Source: Acidobacteriota bacterium
Lineage (GTDB): Bacteria > Acidobacteriota > UBA6911 > RPQK01 > JADFOI01
Direction of reading: 5' to 3'
Assembly (NCBI GenBank): GCA_963663035.1
Contig: OY760074.1
Span: forward strand, 192,001-256,000
DNA length: 64,000 nt
Under the pieces are notes generated by a model. That model was given only the letters and a program-made list of their open reading frames with translations, was not told the origin of the DNA and made no database searches. Below, one piece after another: positions 1 to 9,178 of this stretch (within the stretch, counting starts at the first letter, position 1; each line of letters begins with the position of its first letter). The translations under genes and the position numbers were made by a program.

Positions 1-283
1 AGGATTGACTGTTTATCCAGTAAACTCGAACAGGTCCAGTGTAGACGGCGATAAGGCATTCAAGCGACTCGAGGACATTCCACAACGGCCCACCATCGTC
101 AATATCGTCGTACCTCCGGAAGTCACCTCTGACATCCTGCAACAGTGTCTCGACCTGGAGTTGACGAACGTCTGGCTCCAGCCAGGTGCTGAAAGCCCAG
201 CGGTCATGACCTTCTTACAGGAGAACAACTTCAATTATTTGGCCAACGCCTGCATCATGGTGGCAAGCCGTCTGAAGGCCTGA
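1..283 (+). CDS. CoA-binding protein (YccU/CoA_binding_2 family), 5'-truncated by the window edge
   Basis: VYPVN...VNIVVPP...VWLQPGAES...NACIMV pattern typical of the family. Confidence 0.85.
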   Translation, partial: GLTVYPVNSNRSSVDGDKAFKRLEDIPQRPTIVNIVVPPEVTSDILQQCLDLELTNVWLQPGAESPAVMTFLQENNFNYLANACIMVASRLKA

Positions 284-305
284 GAACTCCAACCAACAGG
301 TAGGA

Positions 306-746
306 CTATGGATTAGGTTGGATCAAACCTTCGGCCGGTCGATCCACCGTCTCAACGACTTCCTGGCCTTCGTTCTTCCAATCCCGAATGCCGCAAAACT
401 GGCCCGCTGTGTAACCGGCCTGGATAAATTTCTCAGCAGCACGCGACGCGCGCCCTCCAGCCTGTCAGTAGAAAACCAGCTGGACATCCTTGGGGATGTC
501 CTTCATGCGCCCGTCCAGCTCGTCCATCGGGATGTGGATAGCGCCCGGAATCGCACCATCCCTTTCCAGCTCATAGTCCTCGCGGACATCGATCAAGAGG
601 AGTTTCTCGCCACTGTCAAGCTTCTGCTTCAGCTCTGAAATGGCGATGCGTTCCGTCTCCCCTTCCTGGGCCAATACGGCAGGTGCCGCCCAGGTCAGAA
701 CTAGGCAAAACGTCGCCACTGCAATGATCACCACTCTTCTGGTCAT
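306..746 (-). CDS. Exported rhodanese-like sulfurtransferase, probable selenoprotein (UGA at 465-467 read as Sec)
   Basis: Signal peptide, LLIDVRE..E...GAIPGA rhodanese motif, then VFY-TGA-QAGGRASRAA at the catalytic Cys loop; the frame stays open with rhodanese-like sequence (GIRDWK) to TAG at 306-308. Confidence 0.85.
434..464 (-). promoter_or_regulatory. Candidate bacterial SECIS hairpin
   Basis: GCGCGC-GUC-GCGUGC stem-loop (453-439); the G-initiated loop begins 17 nt after the UGA. Confidence 0.55.
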
Positions 747-887
747 CTGTACCTCCTACGTGACTCATCTTAAATGTTGAAGGCGCGGATTTCAATTGCC
801 TTCTCACCTCCTGAAGGTCTACTATCTGAGGCAAGACAGCGTTCTTCAAAAGGTGGGCCAGGGTCTGCAACCTAAGGAGTCACGGAA

Positions 888-1775
888 ATGGAACGAAAAA
901 AAGCGACCGACTTCGATCAGAAACTTCTCAACCTCTTTGACCGTTACGTTCACGGCCTGATCAACCGCCGTGAGTTCCTGGATGGCGCATCAAAGTTCGC
1001 CGTGGGCGGGCTAACGGCTGCGGGAATCTTGGAAGCGCTCAACCCCAAGTATGTTGAGGCGCAGCAGGTACCTGAAGAGGATCCGCGACTCAACATCGAG
1101 GAAATCGATTACCCTTCGCCGCAGGGCACCGGGACGGTGCGGGGTTACCTGGCTCGACCAGCTGGCTCCCGCGGCAACTTGCCCGGGGTTCTGGTCATCC
1201 ACGAGAACCGGGGCCTCAATCTCCATATCAAGGACGTGGCACGACGCACTGGGCTGGCCGGTTTCCTGGCCTTGGCGCCAGACGCCCTCACCCCTCTGGG
1301 TGGCTATCCGGGCAATGACGATGACGGTCGGGCGCTCCAGAGTCAGCTCGATCGAGGAAAGATGACGGAAGATTTTGTGGCCGCTGCAGTTCACCTGAAA
1401 GCGCATTCCGAATGCAGCGGGCGTGTCGGCGTGGTGGGGTTCTGTTTCGGTGGGGGCATGGCCAACACCCTGGCGGTGCGGATCCCCGATCTTGCTGCCG
1501 CGGTTCCTTTCTATGGTGGGCAGCCTGCTGATGAAGATGTCCCCAAGATCAAGGCGCCTCTTCTGCTGCACTATGCGGGCCTGGACACGCGCGTCAACGC
1601 CGGGTGGCCGGATTACGAGGCAGCGCTAAAAGCGAGCGGCGCAGACTACACCGCCCATATCTATGATGGTGCCAATCACGGCTTCCATAACGATACAACG
1701 CCCCGTTATGACCAGGCCGCAGCCACCCTGGCCTGGGACCGTACCATAGATTTCTTCAACAAGAATTTGCGCTAG
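888..1775 (+). CDS. Dienelactone hydrolase family protein (YghX-like)
   Basis: [13 protein letters not shown]-terminus, HENRGLN, GFCFGG nucleophile, [12 protein letters not shown]. Confidence 0.9.
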   Translation: MERKKATDFDQKLLNLFDRYVHGLINRREFLDGASKFAVGGLTAAGILEALNPKYVEAQQVPEEDPRLNIEEIDYPSPQGTGTVRGYLARPAGSRGNLPGVLVIHENRGLNLHIKDVARRTGLAGFLALAPDALTPLGGYPGNDDDGRALQSQLDRGKMTEDFVAAAVHLKAHSECSGRVGVVGFCFGGGMANTLAVRIPDLAAAVPFYGGQPADEDVPKIKAPLLLHYAGLDTRVNAGWPDYEAALKASGADYTAHIYDGANHGFHNDTTPRYDQAAATLAWDRTIDFFNKNLR

Positions 1776-1920
1776 CCGGGCTTATCCATAGGTTTTCGTG
1801 ACGAAGTGCCGCTGGCGCCACGATGGCAAGGCGTGCGAGGGGTACCCGCTTGCGGGTCGCACAACGCAGTCAGCGTGGATGATTGCGGCACTGCAGTAGA
1901 AAATTTATGGATAAGCCCGG
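1776..1920. mobile_element. MITE-like palindromic element, copy a
   Basis: TIR CCGGGCTTATCCATA/TATGGATAAGCCCGG, flanks CTAG/CTAA, core GGGGTACCCGCTTGCGGGTCGC shared with other copies. Confidence 0.85.
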
Positions 1921-3186
1921 CTAAAAGAAACGGGGCAGCCAGCGCTTCCAATCTTTCTCCAGGCGCTCGGCTGGGTTTGAGAATTCTTTCTTGAGGGCTT
2001 CTTCGAAGGAAACTCCTTGCGCCGTCAGCTTGAGCAACGCGGGCATATGCCGGAAGCCATAGCGCTGTGCCAGATAGGCTACCACCGAGTGAGACTGATC
2101 ATAACCCATGGTCACCTGACGAGTTGAGCGACCGCGGAAGAGAGTCTCGATCTGGTTCCATGGCACCACCTGATCATCGGCCAGGGCTTGCTTGAGTGGA
2201 CTCGTCTGCTTGCTGGTTTTGGCGTATTTAGTCGCTTGGTACTCGGCCAGTCCTTCGTTGAACCAGTGCGGAATTCGGCCTTGAGAGAGGTCGTGGACAA
2301 TGGCGTGAGTGTATTCGTGAACAATCGTCCTCTTCACGGAGCGAAGGTCTTGCTGACTTTCTGGCATGGGAATTCGGATTTTCCCGTCGTAGAGCCCCGA
2401 GGCCCATTCTGGCGCACTCTCTCGAATTTTTCGAAAGGCCTCTTTGCTGTAGAGCAGAACCACAATCTTATGTTGGGGGCGGTATTGGAAGTCGCGCCCC
2501 ACGTCCTGCCGTGCCTCTCGCAAGACTCTACGGATATCAAATCCTGCCGACTGTTTGACTGAATCGTCATAACGCAGGGTGAAATAGACGTCCCCCACAC
2601 TCTTCATGTCCGATTCCACCTGGGATTCCCGGCCGACTCGGTCCAGGCGACTGGCTAGACCGGTTAGGTTGGGATCCAGCCTTTTGGCCTTTTCCCAGTT
2701 CAGTTTGGCCATAGGCAGGCGCTGGTTGTCATACTCGATGTCACCCAGCAAGAGATGGGCTGAAGCCAGCTTCGTGTTCTGACGCAAGGCCTTCTCCAGG
2801 AGAGTCTTGGCTTCCTGGTGACGGTAACTTTGGTAAGAACGTTCACGGGTGGGTTCCTGGTAAAGTTGATAAGCATAGTTGAGATAGACCATGCTGATAT
2901 TTTCCTTGAAACGGGCATTCTGGCGATCCAGTTGGAGCGCTTCCTCCATTTGGCTGGTGGCTTCTTTCCATTTCTTCTGCTGGCCCAGGTCCATGGCGTA
3001 ATTGTTGTAAGCAACCGCCAACTGAGTGCGAAGATTCTTGTCTCGCGGTTTGGAACGGAGCTGCTGCTGTAGCCCTTTGATAGCGGCAGGCCAGTTCTGC
3101 TGCGCCACAAGGCTGGGAAGGCCCAGCATCAGAAGCCCCAGCAGAAGGAAGCTGAGCGGGTGGAATCGTGTAGCTGGTCTATTCAT
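1921..3186 (-). CDS. Secreted TPR protein with peptidase MA-like (gluzincin) domain
   Basis: Signal peptide, TPR-like helices, HEYTH...WFNEGLAEY. Confidence 0.85.
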   Translation of the reverse strand: MNRPATRFHPLSFLLLGLLMLGLPSLVAQQNWPAAIKGLQQQLRSKPRDKNLRTQLAVAYNNYAMDLGQQKKWKEATSQMEEALQLDRQNARFKENISMVYLNYAYQLYQEPTRERSYQSYRHQEAKTLLEKALRQNTKLASAHLLLGDIEYDNQRLPMAKLNWEKAKRLDPNLTGLASRLDRVGRESQVESDMKSVGDVYFTLRYDDSVKQSAGFDIRRVLREARQDVGRDFQYRPQHKIVVLLYSKEAFRKIRESAPEWASGLYDGKIRIPMPESQQDLRSVKRTIVHEYTHAIVHDLSQGRIPHWFNEGLAEYQATKYAKTSKQTSPLKQALADDQVVPWNQIETLFRGRSTRQVTMGYDQSHSVVAYLAQRYGFRHMPALLKLTAQGVSFEEALKKEFSNPAERLEKDWKRWLPRFF

Positions 3187-3230
3187 CGGCTCTCCGCAGG
3201 GAGTTGATCATCGTACAGTATCATAGTGCA

Positions 3231-3246
3231 GGCAAATGCTATGCCA
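3231..3246 (-). promoter_or_regulatory. Sigma-54 -24/-12 promoter
   Basis: Minus strand TGGCAT-AGCAT-TTGC matches TGGCAC-N5-TTGC, about 45 nt upstream of the peptidase start. Confidence 0.65.
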
Positions 3247-3355
3247 ATGCCAGAGCCTTTGCAAATCGATGGTGGCTGTCCTGGGTAACCTATTCTAAAT
3301 AATTGAGTTATAGGAGAAACACTGGGCAGATTGCTCCCCCGCTGAGTCCTTCAGA

Positions 3356-3371
3356 GTCAACTCGAGTTGAC
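3356..3371. promoter_or_regulatory. Perfect 16-bp palindrome, candidate enhancer-binding-protein site
   Basis: GTCAACTCGAGTTGAC about 110 bp upstream of the -24 element. Confidence 0.5.
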
Positions 3372-3558
3372 ACCTGAGAAGGAGAAGTTCTTTTGCCTCT
3401 GTGGGTGAGCCTAGGCGTCAGAAGCGAATGTTAGATTTCCATTCCAGAAGGTACTCTCGTGAAGACGTGCCCATCCTGTAGGGTCAAGCTCAGGTCGTGA
3501 ACAGGATTGCCTTCACCCTCCCAGAGGGTTATCATTTGGAGCGGGCAGAGCGGAAACT

Positions 3559-4293
3559 ATGGGCATAGCCTTCGTAACTCTGTGGGTCACAGGTGGCATC
3601 GTCTACACGGCATGGCGCTTTATTCGACGCGAACCGGCACCCAAAAAGGGTCCCATTTTCGTCATCGCGTCCTACCTTGCATGCCTATTGATCTGGGGCG
3701 TGCTGACCTCCTTGATAGCGGTTGAGGGCGGATATGTCGCCACCACAGGAATTCTAACCATGAATCTGGGTACACTCGTACCCCTTGTCCTCACTGGATG
3801 CTTCCTTCTGATCCCTTCCGCCCGGCGAGTGTTCGAGCGCTGGATCGCCAGCATCTCAGTGAGGGAATTCCTATGGATCCATCTCATCAGACTGGCTGCC
3901 ATTGGAACGATCATCAAGATGCTGAGAGGAACCTTGCCAGCACATTTCATCATTCCGGTGGGGGTTCCCGATTTCATCGTGGCTCTCTCCGTACCCGTTA
4001 TAGTTTGGTTAGCCTTTCGAAAGAGAGTGATCGGAAGAAAGGCTCTGATTGCCTGGAATGTTATTGGCTTCGGCCTCTTTCTCCCGGCTTTGGTCCTACT
4101 CCACTTAAGCGTTCCCAGCCCCTTCCGAACTTTCTTTGACCCACCCAACACCTATGAGGTGTTTCGATTTCCAATGGCTCTGGTTCCCAGTCTCCTGGCC
4201 CCGCTCTTTATCATCATTCACAATGCGGCCATCGTGAAGTTACTGAGACCGGGACTTTCTGAGGACTCCCGCCAAGCTCCAGGTGCAGCCTAA
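3559..4293 (+). CDS. Multi-pass membrane protein of unknown function
   Basis: About 7 hydrophobic segments, FPMALVP near the C-terminus. Confidence 0.75.
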   Translation: MGIAFVTLWVTGGIVYTAWRFIRREPAPKKGPIFVIASYLACLLIWGVLTSLIAVEGGYVATTGILTMNLGTLVPLVLTGCFLLIPSARRVFERWIASISVREFLWIHLIRLAAIGTIIKMLRGTLPAHFIIPVGVPDFIVALSVPVIVWLAFRKRVIGRKALIAWNVIGFGLFLPALVLLHLSVPSPFRTFFDPPNTYEVFRFPMALVPSLLAPLFIIIHNAAIVKLLRPGLSEDSRQAPGAA

Positions 4294-4321
4294 GCTGTCC
4301 ACATCTTCCTGTCAGGTCTTT

Positions 4322-4813
4322 CTATTCGGCTGGCAGAGAATACAGCAAGGGTGACATGTGATCGTGGACTTCCTTCCACTGGTCTCCCTGCTTAATCCAC
4401 ACCGCTGTGACCCGTCGAGTGCCTGGTCGACTTGTGCCGTCAGGCATAGAGATGTTTCCCTGAAGGTAGCCTGTCACCACGGCCGCATCGCCGTAAACCT
4501 GCACATCGAGATGGCGAAGCACACTCGCCACATTCACGAAAATGGGCTCTCCGTCACCGGAACCAGATCTCCCGCCGCGGGATCGCTTTTCCGCCTCGGG
4601 AGAATCGAATCTTTGCAGGAGTCCGGAACCGGGTCCAAAAGCTGTGTGTCCCACCATGTGCTGGTCCACGAAGGCGTCGATCTCCCCAGTCCTGGAACGG
4701 GTAATATGCTTGATGTATTCGGCCCTAACGTCTTCTACGTCACCAGCCCAGGCCACCCCTGTCAGGAGCACCCCAACGAAAAATATTGTCACTCTGGAAA
4801 TCGGTCGTCTCAT
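4322..4813 (-). CDS. Exported NTF2/SnoaL-like (DUF4440-type) protein
   Basis: Signal peptide (AWA), VQVYGDAAVVTG...RVTAVWIKQGDQWKEVHDHMS, RBS GGAGG. Confidence 0.85.
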   Translation of the reverse strand: MRRPISRVTIFFVGVLLTGVAWAGDVEDVRAEYIKHITRSRTGEIDAFVDQHMVGHTAFGPGSGLLQRFDSPEAEKRSRGGRSGSGDGEPIFVNVASVLRHLDVQVYGDAAVVTGYLQGNISMPDGTSRPGTRRVTAVWIKQGDQWKEVHDHMSPLLYSLPAE

Positions 4814-5007
4814 TCTGTACCTCCTGTAAAGTGTTTATGACTTTGGGCGGATTGTATCCTGAAAAGAAGGGGGCAGACTACTCGTTTCTCAGAAGGCAGG
4901 AGGTAGGAGTCAGGATACAGAATGATTTGAGCAACACGTCCATTCGGCTTACAATTCCCCATACTCTTTCAGTCGGATTGAGGAGGTCTGTCAAAGCGAG
5001 CCAATTC

Positions 5008-5838
5008 ATGATCGTCATACTACTTGCACTGCTCAGTTCCATTCCTGCCTCTGCCCAGGGTGTTCCCTCAGAGTGGGTGGAAGCGGCACGGGCAGGAGAC
5101 ACGGAGAAGGTGGAGGCCCTCCTGGAGGCAGGAGTCAATGTGAATGCGACGGACAGCAATGGGTACACTGCCCTGGTGTATGCGGCTTACATGGGGCGCA
5201 CCGAAACGGTGCACGCCCTCCTGGATGCAGGTGCAGATGTGAATCTGAAGGACGTCTTCGGAAGAACTGCCCTGATCACTGCCGCTTCCCTGGGCCGTAC
5301 CGAAACCGTACGAGACTTCCTGGCTGCGGGAGCCGATGTGAATGCCAGGGATAACCGGGGGTGGACCGCTCTGGCCACGGTCGCCCTTATGGGTTTTAGA
5401 GAAACCCTGCAAGTTCTACTGGATGCAGGAGCCGATGTGAATATCCGCGACTACGAGGGGTGGACCCCCTTGGCCCACACCGCCTTCCTGGATGATCGGG
5501 AAGTTGTGCAGGCCATCTTGGATGGTGGAGCAGATGTGAATCTGAAGGACAACGAGGGGTGGACCCCTCTGGCGAATTTCGCCTCCATGGGCCACACCGA
5601 AACCGTGAAAACCCTCTTGACTGCAGGAGCAGATCTGAGTGCGAAGGACAATCAGGGAAGAACTGCCCTGATGAGTGCGGCTTCCGAGGGGCATTGGGAG
5701 ACCGTACAAGCCCTCTTGGAGGAAGGTGCTGATGTGGATGACGTGGACAACCAGGGAAAGACTGCCATGATGCTGGCGGCACAGGAAGGCCACACCGAGA
5801 CGGTCGAAGTCCTCAAGACGGCCGGAGCCAAGGAGTGA
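5008..5838 (+). CDS. Secreted ankyrin-repeat protein (about 7 repeats); start uncertain
   Basis: Repeated G.TAL..AA..G.TETV..LL.AGADVN 33-aa units after a signal peptide. Confidence 0.9.
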   Translation: MIVILLALLSSIPASAQGVPSEWVEAARAGDTEKVEALLEAGVNVNATDSNGYTALVYAAYMGRTETVHALLDAGADVNLKDVFGRTALITAASLGRTETVRDFLAAGADVNARDNRGWTALATVALMGFRETLQVLLDAGADVNIRDYEGWTPLAHTAFLDDREVVQAILDGGADVNLKDNEGWTPLANFASMGHTETVKTLLTAGADLSAKDNQGRTALMSAASEGHWETVQALLEEGADVDDVDNQGKTAMMLAAQEGHTETVEVLKTAGAKE

Positions 5839-5950
5839 GCAAGGGGGGGAGCGAGGGAGGATTGAAAAAGGGCCTCGTGTTCGGTATCTTCCAACTGCAT
5901 AGCATTCTGAAAGCAGATTTATTGATATTCTAATTAAGGGAGGAAAGCAG

Positions 5951-6375
5951 ATGGGCTGTTACAATTCTACTATTGTCGATGCGCCGGTGGACAAGGTCTG
6001 GGCGACTCTGAGAGATTTCCATGATTTCTCCTGGTGTTCCGATGTTGTACCCCAACTCGAGGTCGTGGGCGATGCCGGCAATACCGAAGTGGGTGCCAAG
6101 CGGTTATTGAACGGTGTTTTCCACGAGACCCTGGTGGAGCTCGACGATGAAGCGCGCCTTTTGCGATACAGCATCGACGACGGTCCCGAGGCGGTCTCCA
6201 AAGACAAGGTCAAAGGCTATATCGGGGAAGTTCGCGCGTTTGGGGTCACCGACGATGACTCCACTTTTGTCCTGTGGACATCCAGTTGGGAGTCCACGAG
6301 GGTGGAGTTCAGGAATTCTGTGATCCGATTTACAGAGCTCTCTTGGCCGCACTCAAGAGTCATTTTGCCTCCTAA
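5951..6375 (+). pseudogene. SRPBCC/polyketide cyclase family protein with a frameshift near 6296
   Basis: After WTSSWES the family-like tail EGGVQEFCDPIYRALLAALKSHFAS* lies in another frame, ending at TAA 6373-6375. Confidence 0.7.
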
Positions 6376-6438
6376 ATTGGCTGTAGTAGGGCTATAAAGT
6401 CACCCTTTTCACGTATATAGGTGTTTAAGGGGAAGAAT

Positions 6439-7197
6439 ATGTTCAAGAAAGGACTGGTTCTTGTGTTGTGTACGTCCACCATGGTGTGGGCTCAGTTCGC
6501 GGTCGCATCCATCTCAGGAATGGTCACCGATGAGGCCGGGACGCCCCTTGGCAAGGTGAAGGTTACCGTGAGACATCTCGATACGGGAAGAAACTGGTCA
6601 GTTCTCACAGACGATGCAGGAACCTACTCTGCGACCAGTCTGCCATTGGGAAGTTACCTGGTGGAATCTTCCAGGGAGGGGCTCACCACCGTGTTCAGAG
6701 GGACACCACTCAGGAGTGCAAGAGAAGTGGTGTTGAACCTCACCATGAAAAAAGCGGGACTCACCAGGAGAACAGAGGTGGAGGTTCCAGCTGAACCCCA
6801 GGTGCCCCAGACCAGTGAACCCAGCAGCCAGCCTGCTGCTGTGGCAACAGACCAGAGTGCTGACCTTCGTCCGCCCGCCATCGGGTTACCTCAAGAGCCT
6901 GGCGAGCTACCACTGACAAAGCAGTTTGTTTCTCCCAGCATTCAGGCTGTGCGTTTTGCTGTGCAGCTGGCCGCCTTCCGAACCAACCCACAGGCCGAAG
7001 GGTTACGGGCTATGTTGCAGGGCAGTGGTTATGAAGCCTATGTCGTCGAGGCCAATGTCCCAGAAGCAGGTCGTTACTATCGAGTGCGCGTTGGTCCCTT
7101 CGGCACTTCAGAGGAAGCGAGAGACGTGGCGGTCAACCTGCGCAACCGCTTTTCTGAACAGTTGGTTGATTTCTGGATCGTTCCCTACGGGCAGTAA
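6439..7197 (+). CDS. Carboxypeptidase-regulatory-like domain + SPOR domain protein
   Basis: ISGMVTDEAG...TDDAGTY N-domain; FAVQLAAFR...YYRVRVGPF SPOR motif. Confidence 0.85.
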   Translation: MFKKGLVLVLCTSTMVWAQFAVASISGMVTDEAGTPLGKVKVTVRHLDTGRNWSVLTDDAGTYSATSLPLGSYLVESSREGLTTVFRGTPLRSAREVVLNLTMKKAGLTRRTEVEVPAEPQVPQTSEPSSQPAAVATDQSADLRPPAIGLPQEPGELPLTKQFVSPSIQAVRFAVQLAAFRTNPQAEGLRAMLQGSGYEAYVVEANVPEAGRYYRVRVGPFGTSEEARDVAVNLRNRFSEQLVDFWIVPYGQ

Positions 7198-7314
7198 TGC
7201 CTGCCGTTGCCTTTTCACCCCCCAGATCTTAATATGAACAGCGGTGTGCTGAGTCTGCGGGTGCTCGTCACAAACACCTGGAAGAGACCGTAAATCACGT
7301 TTTTAAGGAGGACT

Positions 7315-8216
7315 ATGATGTGGAGACTAAAAGGCCTTGGATGGGTCGTTTTCCTGGGCGGTGTCGGCATGGCACTCAGCGGCTGCGCCGAAGCTCCGTT
7401 CGTTGTGACCAGTGAAACTTAGTACGGTGCCATGTCCGAGCTGGGCAACGGAACGGTGTCCAGCTACGTTACGTTTGACGGGAGCGGGATGCCGCTGGCG
7501 ATCGGTCTGACCTTCTCGGCAGTGACCTGCCCAGTGGATCCGACTTTCATTACTGTTTTGACCGCAACGAGGATGGTGTCGTGGATCAAGACACTGAGTG
7601 CATCGTAGGACACGAGTGGGTTATTCCACTGCCCAGCAGAGTGTCGAGGCGATCGGACATCCCCTTTAAATGGGCCTTGCTCAATTGGAACCCGCAGGGC
7701 CATATTCCTCCCGGGGTGTACGACACCCCGCACTTCGACATGCATTTCTTTATCGAACCGATCGAGAATATCTTCGCTCTGGAACCAGGACCCTGTGGCC
7801 CCGAATTCCTCCGCTGTGACCAGTTCGAGTTGGCCACAAGGCCGCTTCCCTCCAATTACATGCATCCCGACTTTCAGAACGTGGATGCTGCTACTCCGGG
7901 CATGGGGAATCATCTGATCGATTTGACCTCCCCCGAGTTCCAGGGCGAACCGTTTACGCGCACCTGGATCTATGGCGTGTATGATGCCAGGATTATCTTC
8001 TACGAGGAGATGCTGACCCTAGCCTATATTCTGAGCCAACCCAGTCAGTGTTTCCCCATCAAGTCGCCGGCGGCGGTGGGAGTCAATGGATACTATCCCA
8101 CCCAGTCCTGCACGCGCTACAACGCTGAGAGCGATGAGTACACCGTTTCCATAGAAGAGTTTGTGCATCGCAATTACAGCGCCCCTGACCCGATACCCAG
8201 TGAGCCGGGAGGGTGA
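7315..8216 (+). pseudogene. DUF5602/TTHB210-like lipoprotein with a nonsense codon and a frameshift
   Basis: RBS AAGGAGG, lipobox LSGC, in-frame TAG 7420-7422, frameshift near 7520, then WNPQGH, YDTPHFDMHF, MGNHLID motifs. Confidence 0.75.
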
Positions 8217-8232
8217 CCTGGACTCTCTCCCC

Positions 8233-8260
8233 TGTCAGTTGTCAGCTGTCAGTTGTCAGT
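8233..8260. repeat. Heptamer tandem repeat (TGTCAGY)x4
   Basis: tgtcagt tgtcagc tgtcagt tgtcagt between convergent genes. Confidence 0.7.
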
Positions 8261-9169
8261 GGTTAACCCTGCAATCACCGCGTCTTCGTATTCACTTCCT
8301 GGTGGAAGAAGATCGTTTGAGACCATCCAGGAATAGGTGTCCCAGAACTCTTCCCGGCTGTAGCCACGAATGTGAGCGTAGCGAGGGAACTGGACTCTGT
8401 CGATCAAATCCTGCTCGGGCACCTGCAGTTTGGGGGGCAGCTCTTCTATAAATTCTCGAATAGCTTTCTGTTGGTACTTTTCCGGCTGAAGGTTGATGAT
8501 GTCAACGCCCTGGTTCCAAGCCCGGATGAAGGCCTGTAAGGCCGGAAGCGGGGTGTGTCGATTGGCCACAAAGACACCAGGCCGTTGAGCCGGCTCCTCC
8601 AAAACCCGCACCAATCCTTTTGTTTCAGCCAAGGGGATGAGCAGATCCATGAGCTCGGCTATCTCTATCTCCCCCGCCAGAAGAGCTTGTAGACGTCGCA
8701 GCGGAGTTCCGACATGGACTGTCTGGATACGCTCGGGCGGCAAGTGCCGTTGGAGTATCTCACGGACCCCGTAAAAGGAACCCGCATGGGCATTGATCCC
8801 AATTGGGCGATCTGCCAGATCTTCTCCACCTTCAATACCCGATCCTGCTCGAGCAAAGAGTGCGTGCTGGTTGCTTCCATCGGACTCGCCGACGGCAAAA
8901 ATGCCAGCTTGGTGCCCCTCGATCGACCGCTTGATTCCACCCCACTGACACACCTTGTAGATGTCGAGCTCTTGCTCTTCGAGAAGCGATTCCTTGATCC
9001 GATGTTGGATATTCACTGGTTCAAATGCCTGACGGACCGGGTCGGGCTCTATCCACTCCACGTCCAGCCCCTGGGAAGGAAAGATTCCTTCTTCATAGGC
9101 GACTCTGCTGGGAAGGCGTCGTAAATAACGCTCCCCGTGTAGGCGGATCACGTGATGGGCTTCCATCAT
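8249..9169 (-). CDS. SsuA/THI5-like binding-protein-fold protein without a signal peptide
   Basis: VAYEEGIF..QGLDVEW, EDLADRPIG, RLQALLAGEI motifs. Confidence 0.75.
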   Translation of the reverse strand: MMEAHHVIRLHGERYLRRLPSRVAYEEGIFPSQGLDVEWIEPDPVRQAFEPVNIQHRIKESLLEEQELDIYKVCQWGGIKRSIEGHQAGIFAVGESDGSNQHALFARAGSGIEGGEDLADRPIGINAHAGSFYGVREILQRHLPPERIQTVHVGTPLRRLQALLAGEIEIAELMDLLIPLAETKGLVRVLEEPAQRPGVFVANRHTPLPALQAFIRAWNQGVDIINLQPEKYQQKAIREFIEELPPKLQVPEQDLIDRVQFPRYAHIRGYSREEFWDTYSWMVSNDLLPPGSEYEDAVIAGLTTDN

Positions 9170-9178
9170 CTGGGGTGA

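Noticed and set aside
7420-7422. Pyrrolysine or amber read-through at the in-frame TAG
   Set aside because: A separate frameshift follows 100 nt later and no pyl genes are visible; decay is the simpler explanation.
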